Positions 1 to 12,539 of a stretch of 64,000 nt of DNA are shown piece by piece. Each line of letters opens with the position of its first letter. Positions within the stretch are counted from its first letter, which is position 1. Position numbers and translations under genes: made by a program. Source of the stretch: Selaginella moellendorffii (Eukaryota; Plantae; Lycopodiophyta); the NCBI RefSeq assembly GCF_000143415.4, contig NW_003314262.1, positions 3,606,405-3,670,404 of the forward strand. Direction: 5' to 3'. A model generated the notes under the pieces. It made no database searches. It worked only from the letters and a program-made list of their open reading frames with translations, and was not told where the DNA came from.

Positions 1-2133
1 TTTCTTTTCAAGGTCCCTAGTCATTTTTTTAAGGAAAATATAAACATTCATTTTTCAGTACCAAGCGACTTGAGGTCCAGGAATTTGTCAGCCTTGTTCC
101 CGCACTGTGCCTTTTTATTTTACACTCTCCTTTAGTAACAGTGTAGCCTTCGATGATTTCCGTTCATACAAGGCCTTTGAAAGAGGGAAGAGATCAAAGC
201 TATACTTGGCCTATTGAATTCCTTCACAAAATTTCTCCAAAATTTTACGCAGGCTTCCACACCGGCTATGAGCAAGTCCTGCTCGATACCTCCTTTGCAT
301 ATGCTTCCCATGTTGTTCACCCAAGTTCCACAGTAATTCAGGCCTTAACCGCCACAAGAATATTAGTGATGAGGGTGTAGAGCCAGCGTTGCACTGCCAG
401 TCTCAATGTACCCTGGAAAATCTGCTTACGAAACATGCGAGGATATGTCATAGATGTAGTTGAGAGGGGGTTGACAAAGGCTACTTGATTTTCACAAAAT
501 GAAAATCTTGTTGAAAACTTTCAGACCCCACACCCCGTTGCAAACTTCCCAGAGCTTCACTCGCACTCCTATACTGGTTTGCAAGAACAATCTTGGGGCC
601 AAACCCAGCTCTGTGGTAGCATTCGTATATGTCGCTTTTGTTCATTAACACGAGTTAGAAAACACAATTCTTTGTGCCAAGGAACAATGAACTTTCTTCT
701 TCGTTACAACTAGGCAGAGCTCAATGAGAAAAAATGCAAGCTAAATTCTGGGAAGTGTATGTTTAAAATTTCAAAACTCCTAAGGTTTGGATGGCCATTG
801 AAAACGAGTTGGGTTAATCATCACAGGAAAGCCAGTGCTATGAATTCCTTGGTACAATTTCTATAACTTGGATTAAATCTGCAGTAACAAGTATTAACAT
901 TCACCAATTTTGTGTGTGTTAGCAAGATAGCTATTAATAAGCATGGAATGTTTTTTGAACACTTTCCTCTCCCACAAAAACATATTTGAAGACTTATTTC
1001 TACATGGCCCTTGCATGCCCATAACCTTAATATTTAAAACATTTTAACTTACAGCCACAAATATCAAACTCTATATTAATATGTCCTGTATTTGGAAAAT
1101 TATATATTGATTGAGTACCTTTAAGCAATTTGCTAGTAAGTGGCAATAACTTAATGCTGAAGTGTCACTCTTGATGAAATAATAATATAGCCACTATGAC
1201 CAAACAATTCAAGAACCAAATAAAACATATTTTGATATCCCACTCCTATTCCATATGATCAGTTTTCTTAGAAAACTATCTTTATGATTTGAAAAGAAAT
1301 TATAATTATAATTTGAAAAGTAGTTTTCTATATTATTAAAATTCAAATTTGAGAAACAAAAACATCACAAATACCAGTTTTTAATTCTTTTTTTATTTTT
1401 CATTGTCACAAGTAAAAATAAAATTTGGGGTATTAGTAGATATAAAAACTTAAATAGATATATATTTTATTTTATAATTGAAAATAAATACAATGTAGTA
1501 ATTAATATATATAGAATACAGTATTGAAATTAAATAATATTTGGTCAGGATTAAAAATTTATTCTTTAGTTGAAGAACATTGCAATACAAGCACCAGCAA
1601 TTGCAATTAATAGTGAGTATTTTAATTAATATTAAAAATTAATATTTTTATATTTCATAAGTGATTTTGATATATTGAAACCCCAATATGTTGGGCCCTT
1701 ATATTTCTCATAATTTTAATTTTATAATTATTTTAAATAATAATTATTTTTATAATTTTAAAGGATTGATATCATGTTTAAAATTATATCAACTTTAATA
1801 ATATTCCTTTTTTCCCTCCTATGCAAAAGTAACAAATTTGTAATTACATAAAAAAATGTTTTGAGAGTATGGAAGTTTCACATAAACTTTTAAAAAAATC
1901 GATGTCAGAACATAAACAGAAAAAATAAAAACAAAAACATGTGAGAAAAGAATTTATTATTAACAAAAGTTTTATTGATATACATTAAGTTGGAAAACTA
2001 ATTTATTCACTTTTACTGAAATTTAATATAAAGGATATATCTTTCCTTATATATATATATTAAGAAATATTCAAAATGAAAGGTCCTGGGTTTAGGGTTT
2101 ATGGTATCTAGTTCTTAAAGAGAATGGAGGCCG

Positions 2134-5100
2134 ATGGCACACAACTCAAGGAGGTTGAGACCCTTGCTGCTATCGGGGTGTGCTACATTTGGCTTCGGCA
2201 GCAGGCGATCGTTCTCAGGTGGGTTTAGATGCTCCAGTGGAAGCCGCTGGAGGAGATTGATCGATTTGTCCAGAACAGGTGTGGAAGATCGAAGCAATGC
2301 GGGTAGAATTGCAAAGAAAAAAAGCGCTTCAAAGTTAGAAAAAGAATTTCAGGGTAGTATAAGGCTTGGGGAGGCCTGGAAGGTATTTTGTCACAAGTTC
2401 TCAAGGGATTTTACTCTGGTGGAGGAGGCTACATGCTCGTCCCTTGTTCATGGATTCGTGGAAGCTGAGAAGCTAGCCGAGGCCGAGAAAGTTCTTCGAG
2501 TGATGTTTCAGCAAGGGATTTTTCCGGCTCCCTTGCTCTTCACCAGCGTCATCCAGGGATGGTGCAACGTTGGGAGAACTTTCGAGGCGGTGAAAATTTT
2601 CTCCCTGATGGAAGAGTGCCACTCTCCATACCCGGACGTTTACAACGTTCTGATAGACAGCCTTTCGAAGAGGCAGGAAACAGAGGCCGTAAAGAAGATG
2701 GTGCAAGTGATGGTGGACAGAGGGTGTTTTCCCGACTCGTTTACTTTCACCACCATCTTGTGTGGGCTCTGCAAGGCTGGGAAGATGGACGAGGCGGAGC
2801 TCGTTATGGACGAGATGAGAGGCAGGATGATACCACCTTACTTTGCAACATCGATCTTTCTGGCGCACGAGCTATGCTTGCGAGGAAGCATGGAGCGTGC
2901 CTTTCAGCTACTGGAGATTATGCCAGTTGCAAACTCTAGCGCCTACAACATCGTCCTAGTGGCGCTTTGCAAGGCTGCCAGAGTGGACGATGCCTTGGAG
3001 CTGGCGAGAACGATGTCCGAGAAAAGAATACCTCTCGCGGCCGGTTCTCTCGACGCTGTTCTTGTCGGGCTCATGGATTCCGGAAGGATAGACGAGGCGC
3101 TGCAAGTTTACAGGGAGAACAGGAGTGAGCCTTGTCTCGTCACCTTGAACGTGCTTCTCGAAGGATTTTGCTCGCGAGGACAAGTCGACAAGGCTCGCGA
3201 GCTTCTCAGAGCGATGCCCGACGAGGAGTGTGCTCCCGACGAAGTGTCCTACTGCACGGTTTTGGACGGGCTTTGCAAGGCCGGTCGCGTCGAGGAGGCA
3301 GTCCGGCTGTTTGGTGACAGAGAACTTCCGTCTAGTTCTTCGAGTTCCTCGCCTCCAAGCCTCCGGGGATACAATATCGTCATCCTGGGACTGTGCCAGA
3401 ACGATAGAATCGACGAGGCGGTCCAGATGTTCGAGAAGATGAACGAAAGAAACGTATCACCGGATAGCTGGAGCTATGGTATCCTCATCGACGGCCTCGC
3501 CAAGGCAGGGAAACTTAACGACGCTCGCGACCTTTTCCAAAAGCTTCTACACTCGGGAGTGACTCCCTCGACGGTGGCCTACACGAGTCTCATTCACGGG
3601 CTTTGCATGGCCAACAGCTTCGACGATGCTCGCGAGCTCTTCGCGGACATGAACCGGAGAGGCTGCCCTCCAAGCCCGGTGACTTACAACGTTATTATCG
3701 ACGCGAGCTGCAAGAGAGGAATGCTGGAGGAGGCCTGCGACTTGATCAAGAAGATGATAGAAGATGGTCACGTCCCGGACGTGGTGACTTACAACACGGT
3801 CATGGACGGGCTCTGCAAGTCCGGCCGAGTGGAAGAAGCTCTCCTCCTGTTCAACGAGATGGAGCGCCTGGGCTGTACTCCAAACCGTCGCTCACACAAC
3901 ACTATCATCCTCGGCCTGTGCCAGCAGTCGAAGATCGATCAAGCCTGTCAAGTTTTCCACGAGATGGAAGCGCGAGACATACCACCGGATAGCTGGAGCT
4001 ATGGAATCCTCATCGACGGCCTTGCCAAAGCTGGGAAGCTCAACGAGGCCTACAAGCTCTTCCGGAGGATGCTCGACTCGGGCATCACCCCCTCGGCCGT
4101 GACATACAACGTTGTGATCCACGGGATGTGCTTGGCCTACACTCTGGACGAGGCACTGGAGCTCTTCAAGAGCATGAGGAGCAAAGGCTGCCGCCCCAGC
4201 CGCTTCACCTTCAACATCCTGATCGACGCTCACTGCAAGAGAGGAAAGATGGACGAGGCTTTCAGGCTGCTCAAGAGGATGACCGACGATGGCCACGTCC
4301 CGGACGTGGTGACTTACAGCACACTCATCTCCGGGCTTTGCTCCATCGCCAGAGTCGATGATGCCCGCCACCTTTTGGAAGACATGGTGAAGAGGCAGTG
4401 CAAGCCGACGGTGGTGACGCAAAACACGCTGATTCACGGGCTGTGCAAGGCGGGCCGGATCAAAGAAGCTCGAGAGGTGCTAGACGCGATGGTTTCCAGC
4501 GGGCAGTCCCCGGACGTGGTGACTTACAACACGCTCGTCCACGGGCATTGCCGGGCGGGGCAAACGGAGAGAGCCCGGGAGCTCCTCTCGGACATGGTCG
4601 CCCGGGGGCTTGCTCCAAACGTGGTGACTTACACTGCGCTCGTCTCGGGGCTTTGCAAGGCCAACCGGCTTCCGGAAGCTTGCGGGGTGTTCGCGCAGAT
4701 GAAGAGCTCCGGCTGCGCTCCAAACTTGTTCACGTACACTGCGCTGATACTCGGGTTTTGCTCCGCGGGTCAGGTCGATGGAGGGCTCAAGCTCTTCGGG
4801 GAGATGGTCTGCGCAGGGATCTCTCCCGACCACGTCGTGTATGGGACACTGGCAGCGGAGCTTTGCAAGAGCGGCAGGAGTGCTCGGGCACTGGAGATAC
4901 TCCGCGAGGGGCGAGAGAGCTTGCGGAGCGAGGCGTGGGGTGACGAAGTGTATCGCTTTGCCGTGGATGGTTTGCTCGACGCAGGGAAGATGGAGATGGC
5001 GCTGGGGTTTGTGAGGGATATGGTACGAGGTGGGCAGCTCCCGGCTCCGGAGAGGTGTGCTAGTTTGGTGGCGGGGCTTTGTAAATCGGGGCAGGGAGGA

Positions 5101-5250
5101 GAGGCCCGAGCGGTGCTGGAGGAGATTATGGACTTGGCGTATGGTGGAAAGGCACGAGGCAAAGCGGCCAAGTTTGTGGAAGAGATGGTTGGCAAAGGAT
5201 ATGAGATTGAAGATGGAGTTTTGAAGCCTCTACTCTCTACATTGAAGTAA
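2134..5250 (+). CDS. P-class pentatricopeptide repeat protein, single exon, 1038 aa, likely organelle-targeted
   Basis: Tandem 35-aa motifs (e.g. PDVVTYNTVMDGLCKSGRVEEA); R/S-rich N-terminus resembles a transit peptide. Confidence 0.95.
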   Translation: MAHNSRRLRPLLLSGCATFGFGSRRSFSGGFRCSSGSRWRRLIDLSRTGVEDRSNAGRIAKKKSASKLEKEFQGSIRLGEAWKVFCHKFSRDFTLVEEATCSSLVHGFVEAEKLAEAEKVLRVMFQQGIFPAPLLFTSVIQGWCNVGRTFEAVKIFSLMEECHSPYPDVYNVLIDSLSKRQETEAVKKMVQVMVDRGCFPDSFTFTTILCGLCKAGKMDEAELVMDEMRGRMIPPYFATSIFLAHELCLRGSMERAFQLLEIMPVANSSAYNIVLVALCKAARVDDALELARTMSEKRIPLAAGSLDAVLVGLMDSGRIDEALQVYRENRSEPCLVTLNVLLEGFCSRGQVDKARELLRAMPDEECAPDEVSYCTVLDGLCKAGRVEEAVRLFGDRELPSSSSSSSPPSLRGYNIVILGLCQNDRIDEAVQMFEKMNERNVSPDSWSYGILIDGLAKAGKLNDARDLFQKLLHSGVTPSTVAYTSLIHGLCMANSFDDARELFADMNRRGCPPSPVTYNVIIDASCKRGMLEEACDLIKKMIEDGHVPDVVTYNTVMDGLCKSGRVEEALLLFNEMERLGCTPNRRSHNTIILGLCQQSKIDQACQVFHEMEARDIPPDSWSYGILIDGLAKAGKLNEAYKLFRRMLDSGITPSAVTYNVVIHGMCLAYTLDEALELFKSMRSKGCRPSRFTFNILIDAHCKRGKMDEAFRLLKRMTDDGHVPDVVTYSTLISGLCSIARVDDARHLLEDMVKRQCKPTVVTQNTLIHGLCKAGRIKEAREVLDAMVSSGQSPDVVTYNTLVHGHCRAGQTERARELLSDMVARGLAPNVVTYTALVSGLCKANRLPEACGVFAQMKSSGCAPNLFTYTALILGFCSAGQVDGGLKLFGEMVCAGISPDHVVYGTLAAELCKSGRSARALEILREGRESLRSEAWGDEVYRFAVDGLLDAGKMEMALGFVRDMVRGGQLPAPERCASLVAGLCKSGQGGEARAVLEEIMDLAYGGKARGKAAKFVEEMVGKGYEIEDGVLKPLLSTLK

Positions 5251-5397
5251 ATTATTTCTAGGTTTAAAGTTTAACATGATACCAGAATTCATTTTTATTG
5301 AATATCCTGAAGTTATATATTATAGCATTTTATATTTAAATTGTAAAGTAAGTAAGGTTTTACTTTTAAATTTTTTAATGATTAATTTTTTAATAAC

Positions 5398-6285
5398 TTA
5401 GCAAAAAGTATTAGTCGACCAAAGTGGTATAATTTTAATGTTTGTAGAAAAACGTTTTTGATAGTGCTTATATAAAACTAAGTTACAATCATTTTGTAAA
5501 AAAAGATATGTAGTCATTATACAACTAGGTTGATCTTTACAATATTTGTTTGGTGACCATAAAATAATTTTATTTTCAGAATAAAACACTAAATTTCCAT
5601 CAGGTTGCAATATTTTTATGATTTCCTAAAATTGACCATCTTGATTTATTATGTATATAAAGTTCTAGTTTACAATTAGGATGTAAATAAAGAAATGCTT
5701 TTTTTGTTTCAAGATCTTATAAAATGATAAGGCAATAAAATATTGTAAATTGTGGAACTAATTAATGTGTTTAAATAAATCTGGCAGTCATTTAACTCAC
5801 TTGTTTTCATTGATAATATTTGTATCGATCCTCCTTCAGGAGGTATGTTACTAATCAAATAATAAATACATATATTCTTGATGTTATAGAAATCATTCTA
5901 GATCCAAGTCTTAAAAGCTCTTCATAATATTCCATTATTAATTTAGCTAAATCATGGTACTATTTCTCTCTTCTTCCTCCGAAGGGTTAGTTGAACAATA
6001 TACATAATTTTCCCTTCTTTCAACACTATAAAGCCATATTTGCATAGTAACAGTTATATTGCCCTGAATCCCATCTTCTAGGATTACTTCATTGTCAATA
6101 GATTGGCCTATTTGTATGGTATCTTGAGATGGAATTGCATTATGTACCATCATAAGTAATCTTGAAACAACTATACTTGTAGTATTTGGATGTATAAGAT
6201 TTATATCTTGTGATCTATAATCAAGTCTAGATGTATAAACAAATTTTAAAAACAGAAAAACAAGAAATGTAATACTTATATCCAT
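5398..6285 (-). pseudogene. Broken copy of the AT-rich secreted GNA/bulb-type lectin fusion gene
   Basis: ORFs 5947-6285 and 5398-5610 are colinear with 12540-13442 (GNITVxMQIWL, YCSTNPS, QPDGNLVFY, QNDCNLVLY, W.TNTFC) but are separated by stops, frameshifts and a deletion. Confidence 0.85.
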
Positions 6286-6434
6286 ATATTCTTCTTTTAA
6301 AAGCTACAATCAACCGTTTAATAAGAAAGGTATTTTATATAAAAAACTTTTCTTGTTAATATAAAAAGAAAAGAACCACAGGATAAGTTAAAGAAGTAAC
6401 TTCTACAAAAACGAAAGGTGACTTTAGCCACATA

Positions 6435-9195
6435 TCAAATGTTATAAACCATCCCTACGTGAAGGAGGCTCTCGTGAGGTACATGGTATATCACACTCGT
6501 GTCCCTGCACAGCTTCCGCAGGAAACTATACCCCGAGTTGATGGCTTGCCGCTTGAAGAAGCCCGAACCTTGCCTTGCTCGCATCACAGTGCTCCCCATT
6601 ATGTGAACGATCCCATCTTCCTTGCACTTGATCAGAAACGCGCACTCGTCCTCCTCCTCTCTCAAGCTCCTTGGAGTTTGCCGCTGGATCGAGGAGACGC
6701 TTGACGCTGTCAAGCAAATCTCACTGCCAGTGATGGTGTGCCCGTCCACCTGTGCTTGCAGTGGAGGAGCCGCGCCGCAGCTTTCCAGGGACCCGTTGCT
6801 CGTCACGGTCTCTTCCGACTGCTCGTCCACGCTCTCCATGAGCGACTCGTAGCGAATGAAGGCGGCCAGTGCGCGGATGAGAAGCTCGTCGAAGTGGTCG
6901 TCCTTCTTGTGGAGATCCTTGTAGCCGTACCTCACCACGCAGCGGTACATCCGAAACTGCTTGGGACCGATCCTCCTCAGCAGGAACCTCTCTTCTTTGG
7001 CGACGGTGCTCACCGGGAGATACTTGACGCACACGAAGGTGAGGATGGAGTGGACCGCTGGAAAGTGCGTGAGGAAGTGCGAGAAGATCGATGGAACCCC
7101 GTGAGCTAGCTCGGTGTAGAACAGGCCGATTCCTGGCAGCCTCACCATCCCGAGGCTTGGGCCGAGCTGGAGGATCCATCCAAGGGACACCTTGTTCTGG
7201 AGCTCAAACTTGTGCCTCTCGCAAGAGCCGTAGTGCCAGAAGTACATGACTGCCATGAGAACCGAGCCTATCGCCAGAGGAACCCATCCCCCGCTCGTCA
7301 CCTTGAACAAAACCGATGAAAAGTAGAGCAACTCCAGCGAGCCAAACACCGCCAGGAAGGAGAAGGCCAAGTAGAGGTTGCTGTGCCATATAAGAATCAT
7401 AACCATAGCCAACAAAAACGTTGTCACGACCATGACGAGCACGACTGCCACACCTGCGAGGGCACAATGGTGAGAAAAAAACTGTTAAACTAGAGATTAC
7501 ATTTAAAAGCTTACCGTATGCATTTCCGATCTGCTGTGTCTCCCGGAAACCCGCTGTTATCAGCAAGCAGGCGACCATCAGGGTCCAGTTTACCTCGGGA
7601 ACGTACACTTGTCCCAGAAACCTGTGCGACGTGTGAACTATTTTTACTCTTGGGAAGCAACCAAGCGCTACGGCCTGCTTGACGATGGAAAACGTAGCCG
7701 AGATCGTTGCTTGGCTTGCTATAATTGCAGCTGCTGTCGCAACTACGAACATCGGCCAGTAGATAAACGGTCTATTCGGTATCGAGTTGTAAAATGGTTC
7801 GTCAACATCCCGTGGATACTTCATAAGATAAGCAGCTTGTCCCATGTAAGCTGCTATTAAGCACGGAAACACTATAATAGTAAACGCAAGCTGCCATGGT
7901 GCGACTTAGTGAACACAGTTTACAAATAAGCAGCTTGAAACTTACTTGGATGGATTGCGCCGTGAAATGGCCCAAGTCTGCAAATAAAGCTTCGGCTCCT
8001 GGAAAATTAGCGGATCCGGAGATGAGAGATTGCCAAGGAAAACAAACAAAGCTTCACCTGTAACGGAAAGAACGACACCTCCAAGGGAAATCCATGCGGT
8101 CACTCCTTGAGCACGAAAGTAACGAAAAATGTAAACAGGCGAAAGAGCCTTGAAGACAGGAGGATAATGAACAAAGATGTTGTAGATTCCTATAGTGCCA
8201 ATTGAAATAAACCAGATGAAGATAATTGGCGCGAACATAAAGCCGACTTTGGCAGTTCCAAATCGTTGCATGCTGAATAGAGCAACCAGAATCAATAAGG
8301 AGAGAATGAGAACGCTCCCTGTTAGCAGAACGCATTACCGTTAGAAGTTCACAATATCGGAAGAGAAAAATAGAAAAACCAACCTTTTGGAAGCTCCAAA
8401 TGGGAGAGTCGGATTCCCTGAACTGCTGATAGTACTGCATTTTGATAGACAACAAGTGTTATCCTTAAACAGACACGCGCTTCAAGGCCAGCACACCTGA
8501 TATTGACGGAGACAGCATGCCGTCTCCGATAACCATGCTGGTACCAAGAAGGACAAGCACCAGCAGTATCTTCTGTAAGAAAAGGCTAGTCTCAAGTGCA
8601 TTTTTCAGCTTGTAAGCAGTTGACTTCTTGGACATGGGCCGAAAACTATAAGTTGTCAATGCTCTGTCCGTATGGTGCTGATTGGGAATTGTGTTGACTT
8701 TGGCATGTCTACAGATCAAGGAATACAGAGCAAAAGTTCCACCTAGAAAAAAGAAAACCGAAGAAGAATCAGGGGTTTCTCCAATCTTAATGAACTCAAC
8801 ATACCCTCTCCGTTGTCATTCGCTCTTAATGCAAAAAAGACGTACTTCACGAGAGCAATCAGAGTGATGGTGTAGATGATCAGCGACAGTGTTCCCAAAA
8901 GGTCATTCCGGTCCTTGATACCGTCGGGAAAGATGTTCGAGAAGACATACAGTGGAGAAGTTCCCAAGTCTCCATAGACAACTCCAAGGCTCAAGAACGC
9001 TAAGCGCAGAGTCGTGGTTGTCGAGAGTTTCTGACAGCGACGACAGGGTTTGAGAACCTCAAAAAGCACACAATTGCAAGTTACCTTCGCCGTGTGCAAA
9101 TTGTGTACACGATCGGCTTCCTCCCCGAACGGTTGATCAATCCGGTCCAGATTCCACATGTAGCCTTTACCGGGGGAATCCTCAGCCTCCGCCAT
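6435..9195 (-). CDS. HAK/KUP/KT potassium transporter, multi-exon
   Basis: Motifs [69 protein letters not shown]; start [11 protein letters not shown] at 9195; short GT-AG introns. Confidence 0.95.
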
Positions 9196-9419
9196 CGCTG
9201 CAAAATTGAGCGAGCTTAAACACCCCCAAGACCTCACACTGGAGCAAACTATCCACACCTTGGAATAACACGGAAGAGCCAAGATCAGAATGGAGGGACC
9301 CCAGCAGCGATAGAAAACGATTTCATTGACTGCAGCAGCATATCCGCTTCGATGATGACATCTTTCACAGTGAGAAGAACCACCTGCGCACAGAAGATTT
9401 GCAGAGATATCACAAAATA

Positions 9420-10330
9420 CCATACACGCACAACCGACACTGCCATACCGGAAACCGTGCAGGAGTGGCCACCACAGCAGCTTTGGCTTTTTGGCAACGC
9501 CATATATCGCTCTCGAGCAGCATCTACGGCTTCTTCGTTAGCTGGTTGGGAGACGGCACTGGCGGGTCTGGGCTCCAATAATACGTCAAAGGCGTCCTTG
9601 GCGCTTTTGGCAGGCTGGAACTTAAAAGCTTGTGATGTCCGGGTCCTGAAAGCTTCACCAGCGTCGGTTGATCCGATCGGCATATCTCCCTGATATAAAG
9701 AAGGCCGTGTCGCCGTTACTCGTGGTAAAGAAATCAAACTCCAACTTGTGTCCACTTTCCATCTTGCCAAGCTGTTGAGCCATCTTACGGTACCACCCGC
9801 TCTGATCTGAAAGCCCACTAGCGAGCGTGTTCGCAACGCCTTCTGCAAAAGCTTGGCGTAAATCCTTGTTTTCCGCTTCATGAAGTCACTTTTGCATGAA
9901 CACAAACTCCGTCGCGTTAATCGTGCTCTTCGAATCGCAGTCTCCACTCCTGAATGCAATCGACTACCTGTCGTTGCGGATCGTCTTTCTTCTTCTTTGG
10001 AGAGTGGTAAAACACCGAGTCGCCAGAGAGCATTCTCAAAGCTCCCGCTAGAGTCGAGTCCTGCCATGCGCTTGTCTTATGACGTCGCTACACTCTCTCC
10101 GTGGCGTCGCTTCCCTCTACTCCACCTGGAAATGCGGAAGAACCAGGAGTCCTCCTCCTGGAGCTGGCCTAGGAATCGCGATTTTGATCAGCGAGCTCAA
10201 GGCGCTGTGCCGGGGAAAATTCCGCTAGAAAATCTGTCTGAGCCGCCGATTTGCGGGAGCTACATCTTACCTCTGCCGCCTTCCCTCAAGAACCCTAGAA
10301 GTGCTTAAAACGTAAATTAGATTTTCCCGC
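9420..10330 (-). pseudogene. Heavily deleted copy of the DEAH helicase at 15065-17188
   Basis: PASAVSQPANEEAVDAARERYMA matches PASAVTQPANKEAVDAARERYMA; the 5' flank caagaaccctaga...cccgcc (10287-10330) matches 17174-17217. Confidence 0.85.
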
Positions 10331-10347
10331 CTAAAACTCGTTAAGAT

Positions 10348-10429
10348 CGTCGCCTGGGAGATTCGAACTCTCGCGGGCAGAGCCCATGTACTTAGCAGGC
10401 ACACGCCTTAACCACTCGGCCAAAGCGAC
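10348..10429 (-). tRNA. trnS-GCU: tRNA-Ser(GCT), 82 nt, with one A-C mismatch in the T stem
   Basis: Reverse complement GTCGCTTTGGCCGAGTGGTTAAGGCGTGTGCCTGCTAAGTACATGGGCTCTGCCCGCGAGAGTTCGAATCTCCCAGGCGACG; long variable arm; anticodon loop CT-GCT-AA. Confidence 0.95.
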
Positions 10430-10531
10430 TTACTACACAATGCGGTTCTCTTATTATTATAAACAAACACAGTTCATCCATCCTCCTCACCACGAGTTTG
10501 TAACTAGAATGTATGCCCGAGTCTGTTTCTA

Positions 10532-12357
10532 ATGGCCGCTGTCATTGCCGACTTCGAGCAATCCTGCAAGGATGCAAGCTCGAATCAAGAGCGAGTCCTT
10601 GGCCGCATCCTCGACGACAACTCAAGCTGCCATTACCTCCAGAGGTACGGGAGCCCTCAAACCCTGGCCGCATTCAAGGCCCAAGTCCCAATTATCTCCT
10701 ACGAGGACGTCGGCAGCGAGATTGACAAGATTGCTAGCGGAGTTCAAGGCCCACTCCTCTGCAGCTATCCTATCCTCCACTTCTTTGCAAGGTACGAGTC
10801 CCATTTATCTTGTTTTAACTTGTGCTTCCACTGCAACATTAGCTCCGGGACAACTTCTGCCAACGGTAAGATCATTCCACTCACTGCGGAGAATGCTGCT
10901 GCATCGGGCAGAGCTACCGAAATCGCCAATGCTTACAGAACAAGGTGACTGACGATTGGCTGGATCTCTCAATGCTTGTTACTTTCCCTTTAGGTGTTTT
11001 CCATCCGACAATGGCATAATTCTTGGCTTCTTCTACTGCATGGATCAAGTCGAGACCAAGTCCGGGCTTCTGGTGTCTGCCGCAAGCACATACGCCTTGA
11101 AGGGCGAGCGATTCAAGGCCACGTCGAGCAAGTACACGACTCCGTACGAGGTTCTTGTCGCTGGAAGCGACTGGCGAGAGCTCACGTACTGCCACTGGCT
11201 GTGTGCTCTGCTCCAAAGAGGCAAAGTGGAGCAGATCATCTCCATCTTCTCCTACACCATCTGCGAGGCAATCCGGATGCTCCGGGCCGAGTGGAGAGAG
11301 ATTTGCAGCGACATACGAGCTGGGAGCTTGTGCGAGGGGAAGGTGACAAGCCCAAATCTCAGGCAGGCAGTTCTAGCTTCTCCAGTTTTCGATGGCATCA
11401 AAGGTGGCGACCCTGTTGAGGCCGAGGTTATCTCCGAGATTTGCAGCAGGGATTCGTGGTCTGGAATTGTGCTGCTGCTGTTTCCCAGGACAAACGTCAT
11501 GTCGACTGTGGTGACGGGGTCGATGAAACTCTACGTTCCATCTTTGAGAGATTATGTTGGAGACCAAGTTCCGATAGTTGGACTGGACTACTTCTCGTCT
11601 GAGGGAGCGATTGGGATCAATGCTGATCCTCGATGCCATCCGGAGCGTGTTGTCTATACAATGGTGCCAACAGCACTCTACTACGAGTTTCTCCCTGTGG
11701 ATTCGACTTCATGTGATAATATACTTGGTTTGCATGAAGTCCAAGTTGGAGAGCAGTACGAGGTGGTCATCACAAACTTCGCAGGTTAATCTTTCTTTTT
11801 TACTTTTTATATCAAAGTGATTCTGAGAGACTACTTCCACAGGCTTGTATCGATATAGAATCGGGGACGTGGTAAAAGTCGATAGCTTTTTTCATGAAGT
11901 TCCTCGTCTGGCTTTTAGCGATCGCAGGAAGGCAGTGCTGAGTGTTCACAATGAGATGGTTTCAAGATGAGCAAGAGCTTCAAAACGTGGTGAGCGAGGT
12001 TTCGTGGGAAGCCGGCGTTGAGATGACAAACTTCACGAGCTATGGCAACTTATCCGCTCTCCCGCCCCACTACACCATTCCAAAAAGAAAGAAATTCTAG
12101 AGAGGTGCTCCTCAGCCATTGACATGTCTCTCAATCAAGTCTATGTGGGGATTGATGGAGTCATTGATTGACTGGAGGTGATTGTGAAGCAGGGAACGTT
12201 TGAGAAGATCACGTAAGAAGCTGTGAAAATGGGAGCGAATCCAGGCCAATATAAAACACCAAAGTGTTCTATTTCTCCCAAGGTGTTAGAACTTCTAAAC
12301 TCTCGAGGCATTAACAGCTATAGAAGTGTCTGGAGCCCTCGTGAAAATGTTAGTTAA
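10532..12357 (+). pseudogene. GH3: GH3 acyl-acid amido synthetase; 5' exons open, last exon disrupted
   Basis: Motifs VPIISYED, SSGTT, YFSSEG, YYEFLP, YEVVITNFAGLYRYRIGDVV, QYKTPKC; a 4-nt insertion near 11961 (EMV[tcaa]DEQEL), a deletion and an in-frame TAA near 12213. Confidence 0.8.
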
Positions 12358-12539
12358 TATCAGTCATACTAACTATTTCAGTACTATTAGTATTAAATGT
12401 AAAAAAACACAAATGTCATCAGTGTATCATAATTAAAACTTCAACATCATTTAAAATATCTAGAAATCTATAAGTATCTATAAAAAATATTAAATGAAAG
12501 AAAGATCAGTGTGAATAGAATTATGAAATAATTTAAGTA

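Noticed and set aside
1-2050. Short ORFs and AT-rich tract at the window start
   Set aside because: No recognisable motif, termini or repeat; cannot be supported
2473-5224. Many overlapping alternative-frame and antisense ORFs over the PPR gene (also over the DEAH, NOV and DYW genes)
   Set aside because: Shadow ORFs expected from GC-rich codon usage
9285-10067. 260-aa ORF as a novel gene
   Set aside because: Explained as an open frame through the deleted DEAH pseudogene and its flank
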